This document shows, one piece after another, positions 10,187-20,229 of a stretch of 64,000 nt of DNA. Under the pieces are notes generated by a model. The model was not told the DNA's origin and ran no database searches. It saw nothing but the letters and a program-made list of their open reading frames with translations. The DNA comes from an uncultured Acidobacteriota bacterium. Its GTDB lineage: Bacteria; Acidobacteriota; UBA6911. The position numbers and the translations under genes were made by a program. The first letter of the stretch is position 1. Every line of letters starts with the position of its first letter. The stretch covers positions 32,001 to 96,000 of the forward strand of contig CAWHCF010000047.1 of the NCBI GenBank assembly GCA_963827655.1, in the 5' to 3' direction.

Positions 10187-10397
10187 TTAGCGGTTGCCCG
10201 AACCGAGGCAGATCTGACAGGTTCCGGTACCCAGACACTCCACGCACTTTCTCGAAGCGCCGGGCGAGTCACTCCGGATCTTCTCGGAAACCACGCTCGG
10301 TCCCGGCAGGTTGGAGTGGCGTGATCCGGTTCCGCTAACACCTGGAACATTTGCCTGTTCCCTGGCAGCTGGCACAGACTGCAGTTTCAACTTTCAT
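10187..10397 (-). CDS. ~69-aa DnaJ-type zinc-finger protein (4x CxxCxGxG); frameshift near 10337
   Basis: Joining two frames gives CASCQGTG, CSRCSGTG, CVECLGTG, CQICLGSG. RBS GGAGG precedes the ATG. Confidence 0.75.
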
Positions 10398-10433
10398 GAC
10401 AATCCTCCATGTTTTCCACCGGACGAGAGGTGC

Positions 10434-10448
10434 GCAATTACCGTGCCT
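10434..10448 (-). promoter_or_regulatory. Sigma-54 promoter for zinc-finger and DUF6496 genes
   Basis: AGGCACGGTAATTGC (GG-N10-GC), 36 nt upstream of the ATG. Confidence 0.6.
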
Positions 10449-11096
10449 CAGCCTTCGGGTGCATTTGTTGTTCATAGCGTTGAGCTTATGGACTTTCGCG
10501 GCGGCGGCCGCCAGGAACGAACGAGAGCCACGCCTGGAAAGTTTACCCTGTTCGGATTTGAGCACCCATTGGCGCTGCAAGGTTCGGAAAGACGTCGAAA
10601 GTGCTTGTTTCTGCCATGGAGAGCACTCGCACAGTCTAGATGTGGTGCAGTGAGGGATGGCAGTTCTGCGAAAGTTGGGCGAACAACGCCCGTACCATCG
10701 GATTTGTTTGCGGGTTCGTCTTGATGACGTGCACTGCAAGTAAATCTTCGCTTCAAACCGAAGAATCACGCAATCCGAAGCGCCATTTTTTCGATGGTCC
10801 TTGTGTGGCACGATCAGGTTTGGTAGCAACACCTAGGAGCAGGTGCGAGAATGCTGTCTGAGATCGAAGAGGGCCCGCCTGGCCGACGATATCGCGGAGA
10901 CTTCGAAGGCCATCGCTGGTTCTTTTTCGAGAAGGACAAAGGATGACGCCAGGACCTGGCTACTTGCAGCCGACAAACGGCGCTCGGAAGTGAGACCTCG
11001 ATACGCGATACGTAACCCAACTGCCCCCGGCATATTAAAGATGGGCTAGGTGCCACAAGACTGTGGATTTCTGCCTAGCAGGTTGAGCCGACAAAT

Positions 11097-14000
11097 ATGA
11101 GCAACTCGAACTCAAGCGGAGAGCCGGCTCAGCAGCAACGTCGGATTTTCCTGAGTTACGGTCACGACTCGTTTATCGCGCTGGCGCGGCAGTTAAAGAT
11201 CGACCTGGAAGCGGCCGGCTTTCATGTCTGGTTCGATGAAGAGAGGCTCATGACCGGCACAGATTGGGAGGTCTATATAGAGGACGGCCTCGACTGGGTC
11301 GCCTCCGCCGCTGACGCCGGCTTCTTCTTGCTGCTCATGACCCCCCACTCCGTCCGTCGACCGGACGGCTTCTGCTTGAACGAACTCGCGCGAACCCTGT
11401 CGCGCGGCATCCCGCTTTATCCGATCATGGTCGAAAGCTGCGAACCGCCTCTCTCCATCGCGAGGCTACAGTGGCTGGATATGCAGGATTGTCTGCCGCT
11501 GGATGACCGACCTGAGCGGTACCGTCAGGCGCTGTCTCGACTGCTGAAGGCCCTGGAAGTTGGACAGGTAGAACCTACCGGAAAGTGGGCCTGGTTCCGC
11601 AAACAGTTCGGACCAATATCGTTCGAGGCCGAAATGAAGCCCCACCTGGCCCACTTCGTCGGCCGTCAGTGGGTGCTCGATGAAATCCAGGCGTGGCTTG
11701 CGGACCCTGAGGGCTCGAGCATATTCCGGATCATTGCGGAGCCAGGCGTCGGCAAGACGGCGCTGGCCACTCAACTCTGCCATAGATTGAAAGGGGTGCT
11801 TGCCTTCCACTTCTGCAAGTTCGGTCACAGCCTGAAGATCGACGCCAGGAAGTGTGTTCTTTCCCTGACCTACCAGCTGGCAACCCAAATTCCGGGCTAT
11901 GCGTCTTCCTTGGAGGCCTTGGATCTCTCCCAGATCACCACGGAAGAGAACGCTCGGTCCGTCTTCGACGCGCTTATCAGCCAGCCACTTTCCAGGCTCA
12001 CTGGTTCGCGCGAGCATGCATGCTGTATCGTGATCGATGCCCTTGACGAGGCCACCTTCGAGGGTCGGAACACCATCGCCGAGGTGATTGCTTCCGAGTT
12101 TGCGAATGTGCCGAGCTGGTTACGGCTCATCGTCACCAGCCGGCCAGAGCCGGATGTGGCCTTCCACCTTCAGGCCTACGATCCCTACATACTGGATGCA
12201 GGTTCGGCCGAGAACGCGGAAGACTTGTGTCGCTACCTGGATGGCCGTCTGCGGTCGCTGACGGCTCCTCCGGAAGCCGTAGATGCCGCTATTTCAAGCA
12301 TCCTGGCCAAGAGTGAGGGCAGCTTCCTCTTCGCCAAATGGGTTGTCGATGACCTGCAAGCGAACCGTATCGAACTGAGTCAGATCGGGCAGCTCTCGAA
12401 AGGGCTCAGCGGCGTTTATGCCGGATTCCTTTCCAGGCAGTTCCCGGATACCCAGCGGTACGACGAGCAATGCCGGCCGGCCCTGGAACTCATCGTCGCC
12501 GCGCGGCGACCGCTGCCTCCGAGCCTGATAGGCAACGCCCTCGGCTGGGACCGGCGACAGCTCCGAGACCTCCGGCGGAGCGTGGGCACGCTGTTTCCCG
12601 AATCAGAGGAAGGACTCCGACCCTTTCACAAATCCTTGAGTGACTGGCTGACCAACGAGCGGCTATCGGGTTCCTATTTTACTGCGATTGAGGACGGACA
12701 CCGGGCGCTCGCGAAAGCTGGACTCCGGCAGTGGGGTGCCGCTCCCGAAAAGTTAGATCCTTACTTCAAGGCCCATCTTCCTTATCACCTGGCCAACGCT
12801 TCGCAACCGATTGAGGCCGCGGCGATACTCAGAGACCCTCAATTTCTCCAGCATCGGTGCGATGCCGGTTTTCTCTTCGAAGCTATCCAGGACTACGAAC
12901 GGTTGCAGGATCCGGCTTTGCAGGCCATTGGCCGAGCTCTCAGCCTCTCTGCCGCACCGCTCGGCAGGGACTCATCCCAACTGCCGAGCCAACTTGTCGG
13001 ACGGCTCAGTCGGAGACCCGAACCAGCATTGCAGACCTTCCTGGAAAACCTCGACCAGCACACAAGCTTTGCGTGGCTTCGACCCCGTTTCTCGCCCCTG
13101 GCCGGCCCGGAGATACGGCTGAAGAGATACTGGAAGGCTCTGCCAAGAGTTTTCGAGTGTCGCATGATACTTTCCCAGGACGAGCAACTACTGGCCCTGA
13201 TTGGATCCGAGCAAGAACACTATTTTCGCTGCCACGACGGCCAGACCGTCGCCTCGGACCTGGCTCGGTTCGAATTGGGCGCGATCGACTCTGGTCTGTC
13301 GCGCCAACAGCTTAGCAGCCATCTCTGGGAGGTACTGCCTACGAATCACTGGTCCCAGCGCGTTGAGCGGGGCGCGATTACCGCGGTCGCAAAGTGGTAC
13401 GACAGAGAAACAGGATGGATGAGAACGTTACCAGCTTTTGTTTCCGAACTGGAGTTGAGGGTGAAGGATACCTTGGTTCCGCTCCAACCTAGCAGCGACG
13501 TGACCCTCGCCCTGTCAGTTACGGAAGACGAACGCCACCTTGTGGGTGGCGGCCGGAGCGGTCGAGTCGCGGTCTGGCGGGTTGAGGATGGCCACCTCTT
13601 GCATGATTTCCAGGTTTGCCGGACTCCCATTATCGCGATCGCCGCCACGCGAGACTTCAAGAGCGTTTTCTTTTTGACGGCCGATGGATTTCTTGGCATC
13701 TCTGCGATCCAGAGGGGCGACCCTGCTGAGCAGGCGCCCCTTGACACGAGGCGCGAATCGATCGGTTTATTCCTCGCCCCTGGCGGCGAATGGGTCGCCG
13801 CGGTTGCCAGGGACGGCAATGTCACTCAATGGAACCTCCAGACGGGTGAGAGCATGTACGAGGGCCGCGCACCCACTCCAGTCCATAAAGTCGATTTCTC
13901 TGCCAGCCAGGACCTGCGCTTCATCACCATTGAAGGGCCGGGCATGGACTACTACGATGGCAACATATTTGTGGTCCATGACTTGCTGGCAGGTCAAGAG

Positions 14001-14774
14001 GTCTACAGAGGTGCATCGGCGTTGAAAGAGTACCGTTGGAATCCGGCACTAGGTATCCTGCGGGACCGCGCGATCCTTCAGACTGACGCCATAAGCATTA
14101 ACCGTGATATGTACCACATCGACCTCAAAACGGGCGAGCTACGCACGGGGCCAGCACCAGATTCCACCGAACCACTGCCCTGGCTTGATCGGAGGTATCA
14201 GCTTTACGGCCGCGCGGGCTTTTGTCAGATCAGCGAAAACGGTCACGAGGTTCTGGTCTGGCTCAAGGGAGAGGAGGACCGATTCGTCAGCTTCACAGCG
14301 GACCAGCACATCGTGGACGTGGCCGTCGCTCGAGACAGAGCCGTTGTCGTAGCACTGGGGCTTCTTGGCCAAGTGTACGTACTCGACCTCATCCAGGGCA
14401 CCTTGATCCAGAAGTCTCTCCCAGCCGTATTGCCGCCATGGCTGATCTTGAAGGAAGAACTGGCGCAACTGGCCGCACCTGTGGCGGACCAGCTTCAACT
14501 CTTCGCGGGGCAAGGTGAAAATAGCTCCAGGGCATTGTTGTTGGCTTCGAATGTCTTCCGTCTGGCAGTTGAATTGCTGAGCTACGGCGAGGACCATTTG
14601 GCCCCGCGCCAACTGGAGACGTTGAAACAAGTCGCCGCGTTCTGGGAAAGTGCTGAGGACTCATTTTGGTCGAGACACGAGGATCCTCTGAAGGATTTCA
14701 TACAGTCGGAGCAGTGGGCTCAGTTACGGCGAATGGCGCAGGAGACACTGCGCACATTCGACAATGAGCGATGA
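11097..14774 (+). CDS. TIR - NACHT/STAND NTPase - WD40-repeat protein (NLR-like)
   Basis: TIR: RIFLSYGH, VWFDEE, FCLNEL. NTPase: FVGRQW, AEPGVGKT, CIVIDALDE, LIVTSRP, PFHKSLSDWL. WD40-like repeats (GGGRSGRVAVWRV, ARDGNVTQWNL). Confidence 0.88.
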   Translation: MSNSNSSGEPAQQQRRIFLSYGHDSFIALARQLKIDLEAAGFHVWFDEERLMTGTDWEVYIEDGLDWVASAADAGFFLLLMTPHSVRRPDGFCLNELARTLSRGIPLYPIMVESCEPPLSIARLQWLDMQDCLPLDDRPERYRQALSRLLKALEVGQVEPTGKWAWFRKQFGPISFEAEMKPHLAHFVGRQWVLDEIQAWLADPEGSSIFRIIAEPGVGKTALATQLCHRLKGVLAFHFCKFGHSLKIDARKCVLSLTYQLATQIPGYASSLEALDLSQITTEENARSVFDALISQPLSRLTGSREHACCIVIDALDEATFEGRNTIAEVIASEFANVPSWLRLIVTSRPEPDVAFHLQAYDPYILDAGSAENAEDLCRYLDGRLRSLTAPPEAVDAAISSILAKSEGSFLFAKWVVDDLQANRIELSQIGQLSKGLSGVYAGFLSRQFPDTQRYDEQCRPALELIVAARRPLPPSLIGNALGWDRRQLRDLRRSVGTLFPESEEGLRPFHKSLSDWLTNERLSGSYFTAIEDGHRALAKAGLRQWGAAPEKLDPYFKAHLPYHLANASQPIEAAAILRDPQFLQHRCDAGFLFEAIQDYERLQDPALQAIGRALSLSAAPLGRDSSQLPSQLVGRLSRRPEPALQTFLENLDQHTSFAWLRPRFSPLAGPEIRLKRYWKALPRVFECRMILSQDEQLLALIGSEQEHYFRCHDGQTVASDLARFELGAIDSGLSRQQLSSHLWEVLPTNHWSQRVERGAITAVAKWYDRETGWMRTLPAFVSELELRVKDTLVPLQPSSDVTLALSVTEDERHLVGGGRSGRVAVWRVEDGHLLHDFQVCRTPIIAIAATRDFKSVFFLTADGFLGISAIQRGDPAEQAPLDTRRESIGLFLAPGGEWVAAVARDGNVTQWNLQTGESMYEGRAPTPVHKVDFSASQDLRFITIEGPGMDYYDGNIFVVHDLLAGQEVYRGASALKEYRWNPALGILRDRAILQTDAISINRDMYHIDLKTGELRTGPAPDSTEPLPWLDRRYQLYGRAGFCQISENGHEVLVWLKGEEDRFVSFTADQHIVDVAVARDRAVVVALGLLGQVYVLDLIQGTLIQKSLPAVLPPWLILKEELAQLAAPVADQLQLFAGQGENSSRALLLASNVFRLAVELLSYGEDHLAPRQLETLKQVAAFWESAEDSFWSRHEDPLKDFIQSEQWAQLRRMAQETLRTFDNER

Positions 14775-14876
14775 GGACGAAGTTGTCTTCGCCAGCGCCC
14801 TCGTTACGTTGTCGACGGGCGAGAGGCCAAGATGCGGCACAGCGTGTGCTGTGCGCCCTTGAATTCTGATTCCCGG

Positions 14877-14950
14877 CTGAAATCAGTCGCCCTGCTCAAT
14901 ACTTACTCGAAGTCGATTCTGGCTTCTGACTCCTTGCTTCTGACTTCTCA
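14877..14950 (+). pseudogene. Possible C-terminal relic of a four-helix-bundle protein with TTCTGRC-type heptamer tail
   Basis: Translates LKSVALLNTYSKSILASDS and runs into TTCTGGC TTCTGAC TCCTTGC TTCTGAC. Family call is from recall. Confidence 0.4.
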
Positions 14951-14975
14951 AGTTCCCACGAGCCCCTTGGCTGGT

Positions 14976-17900
14976 TTAATGAAAATCGTGCGAGACCGTG
15001 GCGGGAGGAAGGGGAAGCGGCTCAACACTCCGCGCCTTCACTGAGATTACGTTCTCCTGATTCTGCAAGATGCCCTGAATGAGCAGAAAGGGTTCGTTTA
15101 CCAGCGCAACACGGTGGTGATCGAAAATGTCGGGGGTAACGATTATGTTCGAAATGCCGGTTTCATCTTCCAAACTTAAAAAGACAAACCCGTTGGCCGT
15201 ACCCGGACGCTGGCGCACGATGACGCACCCCGCTACCCGTACAGGCTGGCCATCCGGAATTCTTTGTAAATCCAGAGCGCGCAAAACGCCTATTCTCTTC
15301 AATTCATTGCGGCGGTAAGCAAGAGGATGATGGCCAATGGTCAGCCCGGTTCCGCGAAAGTCTGCGGCCATACGCTCTTCGTCAGTCATCCTGGCCAGGG
15401 GTGAACGGCTGTTTGATTCCGGAAGCTCCTGAAACAAAGGACCGGTGGGGCGTGATGCGCGCTCGGTTTCCCAGAGAGCGTCGCGGCGATGTTTTTTTTC
15501 GCTGACTTTCGATGGGATGAAGTTAAGGGCGCCTATTTCCGCCAGCAGTGTGAGCTCATTCTTTCGCAGCTCGGGAACACGCGCTGCGAGATCGTCGATC
15601 CCCTGGATAGCGAACCGCGCGCGTTCCTGGAGTAATGCGCGGGCGGCCTCTTCGCGAAGGCCCTTGGCGTAGCAAAGTCCCAGGCGCAAGCACTTTTCAC
15701 CCTGCTCTTCTTCTATGGTGCAAAGCCAGTTGGAGCGCGTGACGTCAATCGGCTTGATTCTCAAACCATGGCGTTGTCCGTCTTTGATGATGGTAGACGA
15801 GTGGTAAAAACCCATTGGCTGGTTGTTGAGCAATGCGGCGGTGAATGCAGGAAGGTAATGGCACTTCAGGTAGGCGCTGGCGTAAGCCAGCAGGGCAAAG
15901 CTCGCCGCATGAGATTCGGGAAAGCCATAGAGCGCGAATGATGTAATGGACTGCACGATGCGTTCCTGTGTCTCTTGATCGATTCCCTTACGATCCATGC
16001 CGCGCCGCAGTTTGATCTCAACTTCCCGCATGCGAGTTTCCGAGCGTTTGAACCCGAGAGCACGGCGCAGTTCCTCGGCTTCCCCGCCCGAGAATCCGGC
16101 GCAAATCATGGCCATTCTCAGCAACTGTTCTTGAAACAGGGGAACCCCAAGCGTGCGGCGAAGCACCGGTTCGAGCGAAGGGTGAAGACAGTCGGGGGGC
16201 TCGCGCCTCTGGCGGCGTCTGATATAAGGATGAACCATTTTGCCGACAATCGGACCGGGGCGGATGATCGCCACCTGGACCACGAGATCGTAAAAAGTTT
16301 TGGGACAGAGACGCGGGAGAGAGGCCATTTGGGCACGGCTCTCCACCTGAAACATTCCGATCGTGTCGGCTTTTTGTAAAGCAGCGTAAACCGCCGGATC
16401 ATCTTGCGGAAGGTGCGCGAGATCGACCTCTTCCCGGTATGAGTCGCGTATCAATTCAATCGTATCTTCCAGCACCGCCATCATCCCGAGACCCAGCAGA
16501 TCGACCTTCAGGATGCCCATGTCGGCACAGTCCTCTTTATCCCACTGAACCACGACCCGGCCGGGCATCGTGGCGGGCTCCAGCGGAACAATGGAGTCCA
16601 GTTGCCCCTGGCAAATTACCATTCCGCCGGAATGCTGCCCCAGGTGCCGCGGGAGGTCCTGCGCCGAGACATAAAGTTGCAGAAATTTCTGAATGCGAGG
16701 ATCGGCCAGGTCGAGCCCGGCATCGCGGAACTGGCGTTCCGTCGTGTCCTTGGGATCCTTCCACTCCCAGGTCCGGACCAGGCTTGAAAGGCGGCTCAGG
16801 GTCGCTTCATCGAATCCCAGGACTTTCCCGACCTCGCGCGCGGCGGAGCGCCCGCGATAGGTAATCACATTCGCCGTCATAGCGGCGCCCAATCTCCCAT
16901 AGCGCTCGTAAACGTACTGGATGGCGCGCTCGCGATGATCGCCGCTGGGAAGGTCGAGATCGATGTCCGGCCACTCGCCCCGTTCCTCGGAAAGAAACCG
17001 CTCGAAGAGTAGCTCCATGCCCACCGGGTCGACGGCGGTAATTCCCAGCGAGTAACAAACGGCGCTGTTGGCGGCCGAGCCCCGGCCTTGAATCAAAATG
17101 CCCTGATCGCGGCAAAAATTGACGATGTCCCAAACAATCAGAAAATAGCCGGGCAGATCGAGTTTTTCGATCAGCTCCAGTTCGCGCGCAATCTGGCGGT
17201 GCGCGCGGGCATAGGTTTCAGGCGTGCGATAGCGGCGGCGGGCCCCTTCGTCCGTGCGCCGGCGCAGAAACGATATCATCGTCTCGCCGGCCGGGACCGG
17301 GTACTTAGGGAACTCGTATCCTAAATCGGCAAGCGTGAAATCGAGCCGCCCGGAGAGTTCTACCGTGTTGGCGATGGCTTCGGGCTGATCGGCGAAAAGT
17401 TCCGACATGACGGCGGCCGGCTTCAAGTATCGTTCGGAGTTTCTGGCCAGGAGACGGCCCGCCGAATCGAGACGCGTCTTCTTGCGCACGCATGTGAGCA
17501 CGTCCAATAGTTCGCGCTGCTCCGGAACGGCATGGCGCGCTTCATTGGTAGCGAGCAAGGGGAGCCGGAGTCTGCGGGCTATTTCAATCACGCCCTGGTT
17601 GCGAGCTTCTTCCTCGCGGCTGAAATGGCGTTGCAGCTCGGCATATACTCCCTTTTTTCCGAACACCTGCGACATCCATTCAGCCCGGCGGCTTGCGTCC
17701 TCGAGTCCGCTTCGAAGTGAAAAGGCCAGCGGCCCCTCCTCCCCGCCGGTCAGGCAGATCAGACCCCCGGCGTGCTCCGCAATTTCTTCCAGCGTCGCCC
17801 GGCCTTCCCCTTTTTTGGCGCGCAATTTCATCTTCGTGACCAGCCGGCAGAGATTCTGATACCCCGCGCGGTTTTGAACCAGCAAGGGCCAGCGGCTCCC

Positions 17901-18119
17901 CTCGAAGGTAGTGATTTCCGAGCCGATGTGGGCCCGGATTCCCAGTTTCTTTGCCGCTAAATGGAATCGAGGCGCGCCGTAAACGCCGTCGTGATCGAGC
18001 AGCGCCAACGCAGGGCTGCCGAGTTCGGCCGAGCGGGACGCCATCTCCTCCGGAAGCGACGCTCCTTCAAGAAAACTGAAGGCGGAGCAGGCGTGAAGCT
18101 CAACGTACGATTCAGTCAT
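14976..18119 (-). CDS. dnaE2: Error-prone DNA polymerase DnaE2 (ImuC)
   Basis: YVELHACSAFSFLEGAS, GRGSAANS, PDIDLD, PRHLGQHSGG, C-terminal SHDFH. Confidence 0.96.
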   Translation of the reverse strand: MTESYVELHACSAFSFLEGASLPEEMASRSAELGSPALALLDHDGVYGAPRFHLAAKKLGIRAHIGSEITTFEGSRWPLLVQNRAGYQNLCRLVTKMKLRAKKGEGRATLEEIAEHAGGLICLTGGEEGPLAFSLRSGLEDASRRAEWMSQVFGKKGVYAELQRHFSREEEARNQGVIEIARRLRLPLLATNEARHAVPEQRELLDVLTCVRKKTRLDSAGRLLARNSERYLKPAAVMSELFADQPEAIANTVELSGRLDFTLADLGYEFPKYPVPAGETMISFLRRRTDEGARRRYRTPETYARAHRQIARELELIEKLDLPGYFLIVWDIVNFCRDQGILIQGRGSAANSAVCYSLGITAVDPVGMELLFERFLSEERGEWPDIDLDLPSGDHRERAIQYVYERYGRLGAAMTANVITYRGRSAAREVGKVLGFDEATLSRLSSLVRTWEWKDPKDTTERQFRDAGLDLADPRIQKFLQLYVSAQDLPRHLGQHSGGMVICQGQLDSIVPLEPATMPGRVVVQWDKEDCADMGILKVDLLGLGMMAVLEDTIELIRDSYREEVDLAHLPQDDPAVYAALQKADTIGMFQVESRAQMASLPRLCPKTFYDLVVQVAIIRPGPIVGKMVHPYIRRRQRREPPDCLHPSLEPVLRRTLGVPLFQEQLLRMAMICAGFSGGEAEELRRALGFKRSETRMREVEIKLRRGMDRKGIDQETQERIVQSITSFALYGFPESHAASFALLAYASAYLKCHYLPAFTAALLNNQPMGFYHSSTIIKDGQRHGLRIKPIDVTRSNWLCTIEEEQGEKCLRLGLCYAKGLREEAARALLQERARFAIQGIDDLAARVPELRKNELTLLAEIGALNFIPSKVSEKKHRRDALWETERASRPTGPLFQELPESNSRSPLARMTDEERMAADFRGTGLTIGHHPLAYRRNELKRIGVLRALDLQRIPDGQPVRVAGCVIVRQRPGTANGFVFLSLEDETGISNIIVTPDIFDHHRVALVNEPFLLIQGILQNQENVISVKARSVEPLPLPPATVSHDFH

Positions 18120-19440
18120 ACGTTCCTTCAATGAACCAGGAGCCGCTGTCCAGATCGCGCGCGATGCGGCAGAGCGTCCCGTTATTCAGTTCGACATCCC
18201 ATTCGTCCTTGGACCATCTTTCAGCAGACCACCATTCACCGGAGGTCCGCCACGGACCCGAGGATGCCACGACATCGCCCTGAACCGCCTGGAGCGATCC
18301 GGTTCTCGCCGGCGCAACGCGGACGGGAAACCCAAGAGGCGCCTCGACTTCAGCGCACAACGGGGGGCGAAACACCCGGAACCCGGCGAGACAGAGGCGC
18401 TGGGAGACGGCCGGATTAGCCTGGCCCGGGCCATTTTCCGGCCCGGTGAAATGCCGGATGCGAAAAGCTCCAGGGCGATGTGTGTCTACAAGCTCTGCTG
18501 CTCCGACGTTATCGGATCCGACCAGCTTCGCAATCCGCGCCAGTGTCAGTTCCAGTTTTTCCGGCGCCGGCGATGGAGGCACGAAGAGTCCATTCTGAAT
18601 CACCCGCGGTTTCACAGGCTCGGCCGCAAGCCAGACTGCCAGGACCGGCGCCTGAGGAGGATGACGTTCCACATCAAGCTCGAGCAGCTTCAGTAAGGTT
18701 TTGGCATCGCGCATGGCGAAAGGGAGCCGCATTCTTCGCTCATTCTCGCTCCGGTTCTCCAGTTTCAAACGAAGCCTGAGTTCGTTGGTAGCCAGCGAGC
18801 GCGTCTTGAGATGCGCGCAGAGCCGGGTTAGCAGGCTCGCCAGAATGAAGGAGAGCGGCTCTAAAAGCGATACCGGATGCTCCAGCTCGGCCCCGGTCTC
18901 GAAATTGATCACCGGCCGCGCGGGAACCAGTGGCCGATCGCTCGCGCCTTTTGCGAGCCTTTGCAAGCGGACGCCTTCCATTCCCAGTCGCTGGGAGAGG
19001 CCGGCCTCAGGGAGAGCCACGAGATCCCCAAAGCGGCGGATTCCCCAAATTCGGAGTGTCTGTTCAATTTCAAGCGCGCGGGAATCGTCGATTCCGGCCA
19101 GGAGAGGGGAAAGGATTTCCAGCGGCAGGCCACCCAAAAATTCCGCTTCCTGGCCGGGGGGTATGACGGAGATGCCTGGAAAACCTCGGGCGGCATGGAA
19201 AGCTGCGTCGGGATTACTCGCGATTGCGATGTTGACCTTGAGTCCCAGCTCCGCAGCGCTGCGCGCGATTTCGTGCGCGATATTCCGTGGCGAGCCAAAC
19301 AGGCTGCTCGATCCTCCGGCGTCCAGGATCACGGCGTCCAGCGCGCTATCCTCGACGTGAGGCGAGAATCGGCGGGCGCATTCGAGTAACAATGCGCGCC
19401 TGGAATCGGGCAGTTCAGCCCCATAGATACAGGCAAACAT
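18112..19440 (-). CDS. imuB: ImuB, inactive Y-family polymerase
   Basis: RFSPHVE, DTHRP, GPWRTSGEWW...WFIEGTYD; overlaps the dnaE2 start. Confidence 0.88.
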   Translation of the reverse strand: MFACIYGAELPDSRRALLLECARRFSPHVEDSALDAVILDAGGSSSLFGSPRNIAHEIARSAAELGLKVNIAIASNPDAAFHAARGFPGISVIPPGQEAEFLGGLPLEILSPLLAGIDDSRALEIEQTLRIWGIRRFGDLVALPEAGLSQRLGMEGVRLQRLAKGASDRPLVPARPVINFETGAELEHPVSLLEPLSFILASLLTRLCAHLKTRSLATNELRLRLKLENRSENERRMRLPFAMRDAKTLLKLLELDVERHPPQAPVLAVWLAAEPVKPRVIQNGLFVPPSPAPEKLELTLARIAKLVGSDNVGAAELVDTHRPGAFRIRHFTGPENGPGQANPAVSQRLCLAGFRVFRPPLCAEVEAPLGFPVRVAPARTGSLQAVQGDVVASSGPWRTSGEWWSAERWSKDEWDVELNNGTLCRIARDLDSGSWFIEGTYD

Positions 19441-20227
19441 GGATTAATTGGCAATTTCTTGTTTTTTGACAAGATTTCCTAGTGTTTCTTCGTGTCTTCG
19501 GTCTTAGTGGTATTTGTTCCGCGCTAACCACGAAGACACGAAGACGCGAAGAAACACGGAATATTCTTGGTTCCAGCGGAGACAAAACCGGCTTGGTTCG
19601 TTCGACCTGGAACCGAATCCCATGCAATAGACCGGCGGCGCCGCATCCCTTCCATTCCGGATTCCCTCGCTTCATTTTTAGTGCCAGGGCACATGATTGG
19701 GCTTGAGGCTCCTGGTCGATTACAACCAGACCGGTAGGCGTTGCCTCAATAGCATGGTGAAAACGAAACCAGAAAGGAGACGGAATTCGACTGGCATGAC
19801 GGGGTGAAACGTCCCCTAGATCCAGGATTACAATCCCGAAGCCCCCTCCCTGCAGCAAAAATTCCGTTGCCTTGAACGCATGCTCGATGTTGGCAGCGCA
19901 TCGAATCCATAGCAGGCGATTTAAATCAACCCCGGCGGCTGAAGCAGAGGTGGGATCGAGCGAATCATTGCAATCGACCAGAGCGCAGATCTCCTGGCGT
20001 GTGGTTGCTTCGGCCAGAATGCTCACGGCAAGGGTCGTCCGTCCTGACGATCGAGATCCGAAAATTTCCGTGATGGCCCCGCGTGGAATTCCTCCAATTA
20101 TCGAATCGACCGCCGGAATTCCACTGGAGATTACCTCGGGACCCGGCTTTTCACGGAAGCGGACAGCAGGTCCGAAACGACTGGTCAGCACGGACTCTAA
20201 CTCCCTGAGCGCGACCTTCTCTGGCAT
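19415..20227 (-). CDS. imuA: ImuA, RecA-like protein
   Basis: SSGIPAVD, GGIPRGAITEIFGSRSSGRTT, GVDLNRLLW. C-terminus extends through a repeat element. Confidence 0.85.
   Translation of the reverse strand: MPEKVALRELESVLTSRFGPAVRFREKPGPEVISSGIPAVDSIIGGIPRGAITEIFGSRSSGRTTLAVSILAEATTRQEICALVDCNDSLDPTSASAAGVDLNRLLWIRCAANIEHAFKATEFLLQGGGFGIVILDLGDVSPRHASRIPSPFWFRFHHAIEATPTGLVVIDQEPQAQSCALALKMKRGNPEWKGCGAAGLLHGIRFQVERTKPVLSPLEPRIFRVSSRLRVFVVSAEQIPLRPKTRRNTRKSCQKTRNCQLIHVCLYLWG
19480..19561. repeat. ~9-nt-periodic palindromic element at the imuA 3' end
   Basis: GTGTTTCTTCGTGTCTTCGGTCTTAGTGGT...AACCACGAAGACACGAAGACGCGAAGAAACACGG. Confidence 0.85.
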
Positions 20228-20229
20228 TA

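Noticed and set aside
10450-11096. Several short ORFs and a weak inverted repeat (CTTGTGTGGCAC / GTGCCACAAG)
   Set aside because: No recognisable motifs; the repeat is too short to call an element end.
11097-20227. NLR gene and imu cassette as one functional system
   Set aside because: Convergent orientation with relic DNA between them; adjacency alone is not evidence.
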